Below the pieces are notes generated by a model, which worked only from the letters and a program-made list of their open reading frames with translations, was not told the origin of the DNA and made no database searches. DNA of 64,000 nt from FCB group bacterium (GTDB lineage: Bacteria > Zixibacteria > MSB-5A5 > GN15 > JAAZOE01): contig JAAEQF010000083.1 in the NCBI GenBank assembly GCA_024231695.1, positions 588-64,587 of the forward strand, given 5' to 3'. This document shows positions 55,334 to 64,000 of the stretch, piece by piece. The stretch's first letter is position 1; the number at the start of each line of letters is the position of its first letter. The translations under genes were made by a program, and so were the position numbers.

Positions 55334-57322
55334 TTAAATGAACATCGGAGCCAAAACCAAAGACACAATGGCCATCAGTTTGATGAGGATATTCATCGAG
55401 GGTCCCGAAGTATCTTTAAAGGGATCACCGACGGTATCGCCAACTACGGCCGCTTTATGGGCATCCGAGCCCTTACCGCCGTGTGCTCCGCCTTCAATTA
55501 ATTTCTTCGCATTATCCCAGGCACCGCCGCCATTAGACATCATCAGGGCCATAAGAACGCCAGTCAGAGTCGCACCGGCCAGCATACCGCCGAGAGCTTC
55601 CTTACCCAGCACTGTTCCGACAATGATCGGAGCCAGAATGGCGAAAACGCCGGGAGCAATCATCTGCTGCAATGCTCCGACAGTGGCAATATCAACACAC
55701 TTGGCGCTGTCCGGTTTGGCTGTGCCTTCCATGAGACCGGGGATCTCTTTAAACTGACGGCGCACTTCCTGCACCATCTTGAAAGCCGCCTTGCCCACCG
55801 CGCTCATGGTCAGTGAAGCGACCAGGAAGGGTAGGATACCGCCGATGAACAACCCGACGATAACGCGGACATTCATCAGATCGATCTTGTCCAGGTTAAC
55901 TGCCGAGCTGTAAGCCGAGAACAGGGCCAGTGCGGTTAACGCCGCCGAACCAATGGCAAAACCTTTGCCGATGGCTGCCGTGGTGTTGCCCAGTGCATCC
56001 AGTTTATCAGTAATTTTTCTGACATTTTCACCCAAACCGGCCATTTCCGTAATACCACCGGCGTTATCAGCCACCGGGCCATAGGCGTCAACCGACATGG
56101 TTACGCCGATTGTTCCCAGCATACCAACTGCCGCAATACCGATACCGTACAAGCCAGCCATCATATGGGCGATATAAATGGCCGCTGCGATAACGAGAAC
56201 CGGCAAAGCCACCGACTGCATTCCGACATCGAGACCGGCGATAATACAGGTCGCCGGGCCGGTTTTGCAGTTTTCGGCAATCTTGCGCACCGGACCCGCT
56301 GCCGTGTAATATTCGGTCAGAAGGCCAAGAATAATACCAGCTATATTACCGGCAACCACCGCCCAGAAAACGCCCATGGCAACATCGGTTTTGATAACCA
56401 GTATATATGTGGCAACCAACATCAATACCGAACCGACATAGGTGACGACACGCAGCACTGCGGCCGGATTCATTTTGGAAAAAACGTGTACGGACAAAAT
56501 GCCGATCATCGAGGCCACGATACCAACCGTGACGATCAGAAGCGGCAACTGCATATAATCCATACGCGCAGCCGGGATATTGCCCCACATTGAAGTTGCT
56601 GCAATAGTGATGGCGGCAATGATTGAACCGACATAAGATTCGAACAAATCGGCACCCATACCGGCCGTATCACCGACGTTATCACCAACATTGTCGGCAA
56701 TCACAGCGGGGTTACGCGGATCGTCTTCAGGAATACCGGCTTCCACTTTACCCACCAGATCGGCGCCGACATCGGCTGCCTTGGTGAAAATTCCACCACC
56801 GACACGAGCAAACAACGCAATCGAGGAAGCGCCCATGGCAAATCCGGTCACGTACGTAATTTGGTCGGGATTACCCCAGAAATAGAAGAATATGCCTATG
56901 CCGACCAATCCCAGACTGGCCACCGACATGCCCATAACGGCACCGCCGGTGAAAGCGATTTTAAGTGCCGCTGCCTGGCCCGAATCATTGGCCGCCGCCG
57001 CCGTGCGGACGTTGGCCTTGGTCGCTGCCTTCATACCAAATACACCGGCCAGCATGGAACAACTGGCTCCGGATATGAATGCTATGGCTGTGTTAAGACT
57101 AATTTTCCACATTAGCATCAAAAAGACGATGGCGATGAATATGGCCAGAATTGAGTATTCCCGTTTGAGGAATACCATGGCTCCGTCGTGAATGGTGTTG
57201 GCCAACTCGTTCATCAAATCGTTGCCGGTTGGCTTCCTCTTGATGTTCAGAAAAAGCATAAGTGCAAATAGAAGTCCTACCGCACCCAGTACCAACGCCC
57301 CAATGCCTGCATCGAAATTCAT
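55334..57322 (-). CDS. hppA: Membrane-bound cation-translocating pyrophosphatase (K+-dependent type, probably Na+-pumping)
   Basis: [34 protein letters not shown] (Ala form, K+-dependent), [10 protein letters not shown]. Confidence 0.96.
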   Translation of the reverse strand: MNFDAGIGALVLGAVGLLFALMLFLNIKRKPTGNDLMNELANTIHDGAMVFLKREYSILAIFIAIVFLMLMWKISLNTAIAFISGASCSMLAGVFGMKAATKANVRTAAAANDSGQAAALKIAFTGGAVMGMSVASLGLVGIGIFFYFWGNPDQITYVTGFAMGASSIALFARVGGGIFTKAADVGADLVGKVEAGIPEDDPRNPAVIADNVGDNVGDTAGMGADLFESYVGSIIAAITIAATSMWGNIPAARMDYMQLPLLIVTVGIVASMIGILSVHVFSKMNPAAVLRVVTYVGSVLMLVATYILVIKTDVAMGVFWAVVAGNIAGIILGLLTEYYTAAGPVRKIAENCKTGPATCIIAGLDVGMQSVALPVLVIAAAIYIAHMMAGLYGIGIAAVGMLGTIGVTMSVDAYGPVADNAGGITEMAGLGENVRKITDKLDALGNTTAAIGKGFAIGSAALTALALFSAYSSAVNLDKIDLMNVRVIVGLFIGGILPFLVASLTMSAVGKAAFKMVQEVRRQFKEIPGLMEGTAKPDSAKCVDIATVGALQQMIAPGVFAILAPIIVGTVLGKEALGGMLAGATLTGVLMALMMSNGGGAWDNAKKLIEGGAHGGKGSDAHKAAVVGDTVGDPFKDTSGPSMNILIKLMAIVSLVLAPMFI

Positions 57323-57385
57323 TAATTGCCCTCCGGTCTATAAACCACTATCGGTTCGTGAAATTTTTCTCAAACTTCAGGTCGA

Positions 57386-57414
57386 ATTATAATATGCTGG
57401 AAATAAAAAGGCAA
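57386..57414 (-). promoter_or_regulatory. Sigma70-type promoter of hppA
   Basis: TTGCCT-17 nt-TATAAT. Confidence 0.65.
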
Positions 57415-57449
57415 GTAGATACAATAATATATTTGCGACTTTTGGCAAT

Positions 57450-57481
57450 AAAAAAGGCCGACATAACTTCATGTCGGCCTT
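57450..57481 (-). terminator. Intrinsic terminator after the lipoprotein gene
   Basis: AAGGCCGACAT-6 nt-ATGTCGGCCTT with a T tract on the minus strand. Confidence 0.8.
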
Positions 57482-57498
57482 AATAATAAGTATTTTTT

Positions 57499-58932
57499 CT
57501 ATTCGTGAACGTTGACAATCACGTCGATTTCCGGAAGGAATTGACTCCAATTATGAAGGGCCGGCACCACACCGGTACCTTCCTCATAATATGGCAGAAA
57601 GTCGATCATGAATACCATCGGGAAATTACGATTCTCGTCAATCGTCATATTCGCGCTCGGTATAGGCTCCATGCCGATTACAATACTACCAAATTCACCG
57701 CCGGTAGCGTCGTCACCAATATGCAATTCCAGATCCAGATTATCATACGCCGGTGAGGCATCGACGATGAAATCCTCTCCAGGATAATCCGGTACTTCCA
57801 TGAAGGAGATGTGCGGATTGGACAAATCGGCTGAGTCAGGACGATAGAAAGCGCCCAGCGAAAGAACAGTCCAGTTCGTATCGCCCGAATAATTCTGCTG
57901 CCCTTCAAAACCGAATGGAGACATCCGATCTAAATTCAAACCGGAATTCTCGCCTGAAGGCTGGTCTTCCAGAAGAACCCAGGCGTTATATCTCCAACCG
58001 TATGGCTGTACGTCAGGAAGCTCTTCCAGAGGGGAAGTATAGTTCCAATAACCGAATTGCCCCAGATGACTGCAATCCTGACCTGAGGAACAGGCACTCT
58101 TGATTTCAAAATCCACTTCCAAAAGATAATCTTCTTCGGGTACTGTATCGATAATCCACTCCAGGTTCAGCCGTCGATGGAACAAAGTATCATAGCCAAA
58201 AACGACAATAGTGTCGATCACTGACCAAATACTGTCAACCGGCCAGACAATACCAACCGTATCCGGTCTGATGGAATCTTCCGGCTCCGGATCGGCAATA
58301 GGATAGACTATCAAATTGGTGCTGTTTACGCCCAAAGTATCATGATTATTAAACTGACTCGGTGCCCGGGAACAGATCCATAAGCCCTTTTCCTCGTTGG
58401 TCCTATCGGACATATCGTCGGTCGGAGTGGCCACAAAATAATATCCCAAAACATCAAACATATTGGCCGGGAATTTCATGACAATAGGACGGCTGATTGG
58501 ATCGACCACTTCGTCCGCCATCATATAGGTTCCCGACGGCGTGGACGCATCCCCATTCCGGTTTTCCACGGAAAGAACTATATAATCATACGACAGCCAC
58601 GGTTCAGGAACCTCATAGACGCTGTCGATTACGTTGCCATCCAGATCCTTGAACGCATAAGCATAATTATCCCAGACAAACCTACCCAGAGAAGTAAAGG
58701 TTGAATCATGGGTGCTCTCGTCCACGGAAACCATCCATAGTTCATAGACATATAAAGCGGTATCCAGATTCGGCAGATTCTGCGGCCTCAGAGTAATGGA
58801 CGCCATTTCTTGCGGCTGCACGACATCATCATGCTGGGAGCAACCGAAGGCGATCAAGAAAACGCCGCCAAGCACAAGTGAAATTAAAAGATACCTAAAT
58901 CTGATTCTCATCCTAATCTTCCTCCCGGACAA
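57499..58932 (-). CDS. Uncharacterised acidic lipoprotein with two related Y-x-x-W / S-L-G-x-F units
   Basis: Lipobox AFGC; LP.L...YELW...SLGRF and LP.V..GWRYNAW...SLGAF...YPGEDF, resembling a Bacteroidota lipoprotein family often loosely labelled anti-sigma factor. Confidence 0.6.
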   Translation of the reverse strand: MSGRKIRMRIRFRYLLISLVLGGVFLIAFGCSQHDDVVQPQEMASITLRPQNLPNLDTALYVYELWMVSVDESTHDSTFTSLGRFVWDNYAYAFKDLDGNVIDSVYEVPEPWLSYDYIVLSVENRNGDASTPSGTYMMADEVVDPISRPIVMKFPANMFDVLGYYFVATPTDDMSDRTNEEKGLWICSRAPSQFNNHDTLGVNSTNLIVYPIADPEPEDSIRPDTVGIVWPVDSIWSVIDTIVVFGYDTLFHRRLNLEWIIDTVPEEDYLLEVDFEIKSACSSGQDCSHLGQFGYWNYTSPLEELPDVQPYGWRYNAWVLLEDQPSGENSGLNLDRMSPFGFEGQQNYSGDTNWTVLSLGAFYRPDSADLSNPHISFMEVPDYPGEDFIVDASPAYDNLDLELHIGDDATGGEFGSIVIGMEPIPSANMTIDENRNFPMVFMIDFLPYYEEGTGVVPALHNWSQFLPEIDVIVNVHE

Positions 58933-58953
58933 CGGGTGCTAAAATACCAAAGG

Positions 58954-58985
58954 CAAAATTTATTCAATCCGCATGCGGATGTCAA
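58954..58985 (-). promoter_or_regulatory. Sigma70-type promoter with an internal perfect palindrome
   Basis: TTGACA-17 nt-TAAATT; ATCCGCATGCGGAT at 58967-58980. Confidence 0.55.
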
Positions 58986-59122
58986 GCCGTTTTTGGCAAT
59001 AAATGCCTTAAGCCATTGATGATCAGGGCGCTTCTGCACCCGACGCCCGCAATTTAACAGTCAAGAATATGACTAATTCGCCGATAAATTGTTTAGCAGA
59101 AAATCGCGGAAAAGGAGAATTT

Positions 59123-61219
59123 TTGTCTTTTTGTAATGTCTGTAAATACCAGCTGGCCGATGATTCCGTTAAGGCCTGTCCTAATTGCGGGGCCGTGATC
59201 GAAATCGTCGCCAAAGAGGCTCAAGACCAGGCGACCAAAGAAGATACGCCAAATGAGAACCTCCCTGAAGGCAGTCCGTCACCAGACAACATCGAAATCT
59301 GCGATCCGGGTACTTTCATCGGAGCAGCCGAAGAGGAGGACGATCTCTCGGCCAAAGAAGATCACCAACCTATAGGCCAAACGACCCCTCCCCTACCGCC
59401 TCAGGTTGATTCCGAATTACCGTTTGAAGACCAGGACGATTCTGCCCATATTGATTCCGACCAGCTTAAAAAGCTTTCTCCTGAGCAGGCCGCAAAAATC
59501 CGATCGGCGTTCAACACCGAGCCGGCCGAAAGCGACAGCTTGACCCCCGAGGACGCCTCCTCCATTATGAATCAGATGGCCTCTGGTCCGGAGAAGGAAG
59601 ATAAGGAGCCTTCTGACAAAAGCCGGCCCGATCTTGATCGGATTATTCAAAATTCCGATGAAGCCACCATCAGACAAAAGAAAAACAAACCGGAAAAAAT
59701 GACATCTGAACCAGTACCGGAAATGGAACCGATTCCTTCGGTTCGAAGAGTAGCTTATTTTCATAAGAGTTTTATCCAGCTGACCGGTCCGCAAATTCCT
59801 AAAACCGGCGAAGAATTAATCCTTGAAGATCGTCACTATCTGCTCAAACCAAAAAAAATCAAACAGCAATATACCATTGCCACCTTTGTTGTCGCCCTGG
59901 CCATTCTTCTCTTTTACGCGGGCAGTCAGTTTATTTCTCCAACACTACCCGGAGCCGGTTCCATAGTAGGCGTTCTGCTTGATGTGGAAGGTCGCCCGTT
60001 CGCCTCTTCTGCCGAAATCACTCTTCCTGAAGCCGGCCAAAAGTCCCATACCGACGCCATGGGGTTTTTCCGTTTTAATGATGTGGCTACTGGATCTTAT
60101 GTCATCCGCTACCAATTCCCCGACGGCACAGTCGGAACCGAAAATATTTCTGTCGTCAGCAGTCAAATTACCACTCTCTCCCTTGGCCTTGACGACTACG
60201 AACAAGTCGAAAATGTCCGGGTAGATACGGGAAACCGGAGATCGACTAAGCAAAGCAAGGGGACCACGAAGAAGATCGAATCGACGTCTCCCACACCAAA
60301 ACAGGGAGCCAACAAAAAATCTCAAAAATCATATTCCTCGCTCAAGCTAAAAGCCAACGTGGATGACGCCAGGTTAACCGCCTCGGGATCGGTTCTCGGT
60401 TCGGGCAACCTGACTTATAAAAAGTTGATGCCGGGCAAACATCAGGTTATGGTCTCCAAAAACGGCTATAAAGCCTGGAAGGGAACCGTGACCCTAAAGG
60501 CCGATAAGACTTACACCCTGTCTGTCAACTTGGAAAAGATCGAATCCCCGGTAGTCGAGGAAACGACTTATTCGGCCATGGATTTCTATCAATCCGGTAA
60601 GACCCAACTGGCCGAGGGCAACATGAACGCGGCCGTCGATGATTTTACCGAAGCAATTAAAATTGATCCGCAACTGGCCGATGCCTATCGCCAGCGCGGT
60701 GACGCCTACCGTATTGCCGGCAACAATTCCTCCGCCGAAAAGGATTTGATCCGCGGTGCGGAATTAATGGCATCTCAAAACCGGATAGAAACCGCTCATG
60801 AAATGTATGCTCAAGTCCTGAGTATCAACAAGAAATCGACGCAGGCCTATCTTGGTCAGGCTTCGCTTTACATGAAACGGAATAACCTCGACAAAGCGAT
60901 CTCCTCCTATAAATCAGCTATTCAATACGACAAGAAGAACTTCAAAGCCAATTTCGCTCTCGGCAAAACCTATTTCTCGATAAATAAAAATAAATACGCC
61001 GACAAATGGCTGACCAAAGCCCGGAATATAAATCCTGACGTGCCCGAGGTGTATCATTACCTGATGCTGAATTATTTCGCCCGAGATGATTTCGGTAAAG
61101 TCAAAAATGTTTACACCAAGTTCAAAAGCAAAATGAGTTCCGATCAAGTGGCCGCCTTCAAGGCTAATCCCAAATTCGAACCGATTATCCGTGTCGTCGG
61201 CGAATACGAACGACCCTGA
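59123..61219 (+). CDS. Bitopic protein: zinc ribbon, acidic linker, TM, carboxypeptidase-regulatory-like domain, PEGA domain, TPR repeats
   Basis: CNVC...CPNCG, acidic/Pro-rich stretch, one TM helix, TD..G.F.F..V..G.Y, L.PG.H.V.VSK.GYK, multiple TPRs. Start moved to TTG 59123 behind AAGGAG. Confidence 0.8.
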   Translation: MSFCNVCKYQLADDSVKACPNCGAVIEIVAKEAQDQATKEDTPNENLPEGSPSPDNIEICDPGTFIGAAEEEDDLSAKEDHQPIGQTTPPLPPQVDSELPFEDQDDSAHIDSDQLKKLSPEQAAKIRSAFNTEPAESDSLTPEDASSIMNQMASGPEKEDKEPSDKSRPDLDRIIQNSDEATIRQKKNKPEKMTSEPVPEMEPIPSVRRVAYFHKSFIQLTGPQIPKTGEELILEDRHYLLKPKKIKQQYTIATFVVALAILLFYAGSQFISPTLPGAGSIVGVLLDVEGRPFASSAEITLPEAGQKSHTDAMGFFRFNDVATGSYVIRYQFPDGTVGTENISVVSSQITTLSLGLDDYEQVENVRVDTGNRRSTKQSKGTTKKIESTSPTPKQGANKKSQKSYSSLKLKANVDDARLTASGSVLGSGNLTYKKLMPGKHQVMVSKNGYKAWKGTVTLKADKTYTLSVNLEKIESPVVEETTYSAMDFYQSGKTQLAEGNMNAAVDDFTEAIKIDPQLADAYRQRGDAYRIAGNNSSAEKDLIRGAELMASQNRIETAHEMYAQVLSINKKSTQAYLGQASLYMKRNNLDKAISSYKSAIQYDKKNFKANFALGKTYFSINKNKYADKWLTKARNINPDVPEVYHYLMLNYFARDDFGKVKNVYTKFKSKMSSDQVAAFKANPKFEPIIRVVGEYERP

Positions 61220-61243
61220 TCGAAGACCTCCAAAGCTGCCTGT

Positions 61244-61283
61244 AAAAGGGTCTTAACGCATAAGTGCGTAAAAAGACCCTTTT
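61244..61283 (+). terminator. Intrinsic terminator after the TPR/PEGA gene
   Basis: AAAAGGGTCTT...ACGCA-TAAG-TGCGT...AAGACCCTTTT. Confidence 0.75.
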
Positions 61284-61325
61284 CTTCTTCAACTATGGAT
61301 GGACAAGCGATGGCAGCCTCTCCCC

Positions 61326-61354
61326 TTGACACCCTTCCCCCAATATTATACATT
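61326..61354 (+). promoter_or_regulatory. Sigma70-type promoter of the S9 peptidase gene
   Basis: TTGACA-17 nt-TACATT. Confidence 0.6.
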
Positions 61355-61395
61355 GCCCTCCAAAGCGACTATCTTTTAATCACAAGGGAGGTTCC

Positions 61396-63315
61396 TTGAA
61401 ACGCTCTATTTTTCTTTTGGCTGTCACAATCCTTCTCTCAATTGTTGTCGGCTGTAACATTGAAAAAGAGGTTGACTTCGCGGCAGGAGAAACCTCGACC
61501 GATCTGTCGGCCTGGTTCGGCAAGGACACATATATTCCCGATATTGAAACATTCATGAAAATCGGCTGGACGTCCGGCCCTGGAATATCAGATGACGGGC
61601 AACAGGTCTTCTTTCAAACCGGTTTCAGCGGTGTCAGCCAGCTTTACCGCCTGACCAAAGAAGGCTGGCCGTCGCAGATAACGTTTTTCCCCGACGGTAT
61701 TGACTGGTATGTCTTGTCGCATAGCAGTGACATGGCCATTGTCGGAGCTTCGGTCGGTGGTTCCGAACAATCCCAGCTAAATCTGGTGGATACCCGCAGT
61801 GGGCGTACCCGCCAGTTGACCGACACACCCAAAATTCAGTATGGTTCAGTCATTTGGGATTTGGAAGACAAAACCATATTCTTCCGTTCAAACATGGATA
61901 ACTTGCGTGATTTCAAACTGTACCGGATGGATGTCGCTTCGGGCGAATACGAAAAACTGGTTGACGCCGAGGGTTATCACGGTTGGGGCGATCTTTCGTT
62001 AGACGGCAAAAAACTCCTTTATTACCGTTTTGATTCCAATGTCAACGACGAACTTTTCCTTTTCGAATTGGAAAGCGGCGAAAGCACTCATCTGACCCCG
62101 CACGAAGGCGACATTCTATATGATAACTTCTTCTTCTCGGCCGACGGCAACGCTATCTATCTAACCTGCGACGATAACGACATGGGTTTCAATCTGCGGG
62201 CTAAGATGGATCTGGCTACCAAGGAAATCACCTATCTTGACGCGGACGCCCAGTGGAATGTGGAAGGGGTCAGCTATTCACCTGATCGCGACATCATGGC
62301 CTGGATTCTCAATGAGGACGGTTATGGTCGGATGAAACTGGCTGAAATTGAATCCGGCCTTGAGCTTCCCGCCCCCGACTTCGATGGTATCATGGGTAGC
62401 GCTACGTTGTCAAAAACTTCGCGGATGCTATTCAGTTTCAGTTCGCCTCAGCAGACAGCTGATATCTGGAGTTGGAATTGGCAGACCAAGAAAGCCAAAA
62501 AGCTTACCAATTCGGTTTATGCAGGAATCGACCCGACCATTTTCACGGCTCCAAAGCTGATCAAATACAAATCATTCGATGGCATGGAAATCCCGGCCTT
62601 TATTTATCTACCGGCCGATTATGACGGCAGCCCGATACCGTTCATCCTCGATATTCACGGCGGCCCGGAAGGTCAATTCCGGCCCTATTTCAATCGCCAT
62701 TTCCAATACCTGATGCTAAACGGCTTCGGTTTGCTGGCACCCAATGTCCGAGGTAGTGATGGTTACGGCAAGGAATACCTGGCATTGGACAATTACAGGA
62801 ATCGTCTCAAATCGGTCAAAGATATGAAAGCCGGCGCTGACTGGCTGATCGAACAGGGCTATTCCCAACAAGGAATGATCGGCGTTAAGGGTGGAAGTTA
62901 CGGCGGATACATGACCATGGCCGCCGTTACCGAATACCCCGGCTTCTTCTCCGCCGCCTGCAACAATGTCGGTATCGTCAATTTCGTCAGCTTCCTGGAG
63001 AATACTTCCGCCTATCGCCGGCACCTACGTGAATCCGAATACGGGCCTCTGACGGACAAACCGTTCCTGAAATCTATCTCCCCCGTCCACAAGGCTAACC
63101 TGATCACCACGCCGCTGATGATCGTCCATGGCGAGAACGATCCTCGCGTTCCAGTCGATGAAGCGCGCCAGATCATCCGGGCCATTGAAAGGAGAGGCGG
63201 CATTGTCGAACCGTTGATATTCCCCGACGAAGGTCACGGGATCGGCAAATTAGCCAATCGCCTGACTTTCTACCGCCAGATGGCAGATTTCTTCAAGAGA
63301 CATTTGCAGAAATAA
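61396..63315 (+). CDS. S9 family (prolyl oligopeptidase / acylaminoacyl peptidase) lipoprotein
   Basis: Lipobox VVGC, beta-propeller region, IHGGP, GGSYGG (Ser), HGENDPRV (Asp), DEGHG (His). Confidence 0.93.
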   Translation: MKRSIFLLAVTILLSIVVGCNIEKEVDFAAGETSTDLSAWFGKDTYIPDIETFMKIGWTSGPGISDDGQQVFFQTGFSGVSQLYRLTKEGWPSQITFFPDGIDWYVLSHSSDMAIVGASVGGSEQSQLNLVDTRSGRTRQLTDTPKIQYGSVIWDLEDKTIFFRSNMDNLRDFKLYRMDVASGEYEKLVDAEGYHGWGDLSLDGKKLLYYRFDSNVNDELFLFELESGESTHLTPHEGDILYDNFFFSADGNAIYLTCDDNDMGFNLRAKMDLATKEITYLDADAQWNVEGVSYSPDRDIMAWILNEDGYGRMKLAEIESGLELPAPDFDGIMGSATLSKTSRMLFSFSSPQQTADIWSWNWQTKKAKKLTNSVYAGIDPTIFTAPKLIKYKSFDGMEIPAFIYLPADYDGSPIPFILDIHGGPEGQFRPYFNRHFQYLMLNGFGLLAPNVRGSDGYGKEYLALDNYRNRLKSVKDMKAGADWLIEQGYSQQGMIGVKGGSYGGYMTMAAVTEYPGFFSAACNNVGIVNFVSFLENTSAYRRHLRESEYGPLTDKPFLKSISPVHKANLITTPLMIVHGENDPRVPVDEARQIIRAIERRGGIVEPLIFPDEGHGIGKLANRLTFYRQMADFFKRHLQK

Positions 63316-63331
63316 CCGTCGTAAAATATAG

Positions 63332-63363
63332 AAAAAAAGGCCCGTCATATAACGGGCCTTTTT
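63332..63363. terminator. Bidirectional terminator
   Basis: AAAAAGGCCCGT-CATATA-ACGGGCCTTTTT. Confidence 0.82.
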
Positions 63364-63440
63364 AATTTCAAATTTTGGATGCAGGAAAATGCGCACCCCA
63401 CCCGGAAGTTCAAATCGAAATCAGATAACTGACGAAAACC

Positions 63441-63920
63441 TTATCTATTGGAGTCAACCCAATATTCCGCCGTATACCTGTCTTTGAGCAGTTCACCGAT
63501 CTGCTTGGCTTCCTCCATCGTCTCATAGACACCAACCCGAAGTCGATAGAAAGTCTCGCCGCCGATATCGGCCGTAACCACAAAGGCCGGATATTCTCGC
63601 TGACGATATTTCTCAGCCATCATTTCGGCAAATTCATAGCTGGAATAACTACCTATCTGGACTACAAAGCCCTCAAGACCGGAATAGTCTTCGCTTGCCG
63701 GAGTCACTTCCGGTTCAACCGGTTGGGTTTCGACTACCTCGGCAATAAACTGGCCAGTGCTGTCGGCTTCGGTGCTTCCTTCAAGCAGAGAATCCATTAC
63801 CGCCGCCGTCTCGTCCTGAGAGGCTTCCTGTTCAATGGCCGCGATATCCTCATCCTTATTACTACATCCTGTCGCCACAAGCCCCGCAATCAAGAGTACT
63901 GTAAGCACTGTACGAAACAT
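63441..63920 (-). CDS. SPOR domain lipoprotein
   Basis: Lipobox ATGC, acidic linker, FVVQIGSY...A and YRLRVG.Y....EA. Confidence 0.9.
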   Translation of the reverse strand: MFRTVLTVLLIAGLVATGCSNKDEDIAAIEQEASQDETAAVMDSLLEGSTEADSTGQFIAEVVETQPVEPEVTPASEDYSGLEGFVVQIGSYSSYEFAEMMAEKYRQREYPAFVVTADIGGETFYRLRVGVYETMEEAKQIGELLKDRYTAEYWVDSNR

Positions 63921-63953
63921 TGAACCTCCTTAATTGTCCATCATTATCTGTTC

Positions 63954-63982
63954 ATTGTAGAGTTGTAAAAATCCTTTGTCAA
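63954..63982 (-). promoter_or_regulatory. Sigma70-type promoter of the SPOR gene
   Basis: TTGACA-17 nt-TACAAT. Confidence 0.65.
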
Positions 63983-64000
63983 GAAGATAAAGAAGGCCAA

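Noticed and set aside
1-64000. CRISPR arrays, tRNA/rRNA genes (including tRNA-Sec), IS elements, prophage or defence genes
   Set aside because: None recognised by eye; intergenic gaps are short and mostly explained by promoters and terminators. A covariance-model scan would be needed to exclude small RNAs.

Overview
A 64 kb, gene-dense, mostly housekeeping stretch of a diderm bacterial chromosome using the standard genetic code. Gene content (GWxTD proteins, long LptD, DUF1573- and DUF3187-like proteins) suggests an FCB-group organism such as a candidate Zixibacteria; this is inference only. Content: a peptidoglycan-recycling cluster, DUF1015-serA-serC, transketolase, coaE-polA-nadD-bamD-SLT-rimO-lolA-ftsK, HU, lptD, shikimate genes (aroA/E/K/B/Q), argS, a lexA-small gene-dinB SOS cassette, two GWxTD proteins, a Yip1-TolC-MFP-ABC exporter operon, a membrane pyrophosphatase and several envelope proteins. 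No tRNA, rRNA, CRISPR or mobile element was recognised. The main hidden signal is at 44.2-45.6 kb: two adjacent genes, broken up by the ORF track, each read through an in-frame TGA at a conserved Cys position followed by a SECIS-like hairpin. They are a signal-peptide-bearing DUF1573-type Ig-fold protein with a U-G-C motif and a HesB/IscA-like selenoprotein. Other oddities: a DapF homologue with both catalytic Cys replaced by Ser, linked to a divergent TrpD and an MFS transporter; a zinc-ligand-dead M2/M3 peptidase lipoprotein; a possible 28-aa SOS membrane peptide; and strong enrichment of D-[S/T]-hydrophobic O-glycosylation-type sequons in exported proteins. All family calls are from motif recognition, not database searches.
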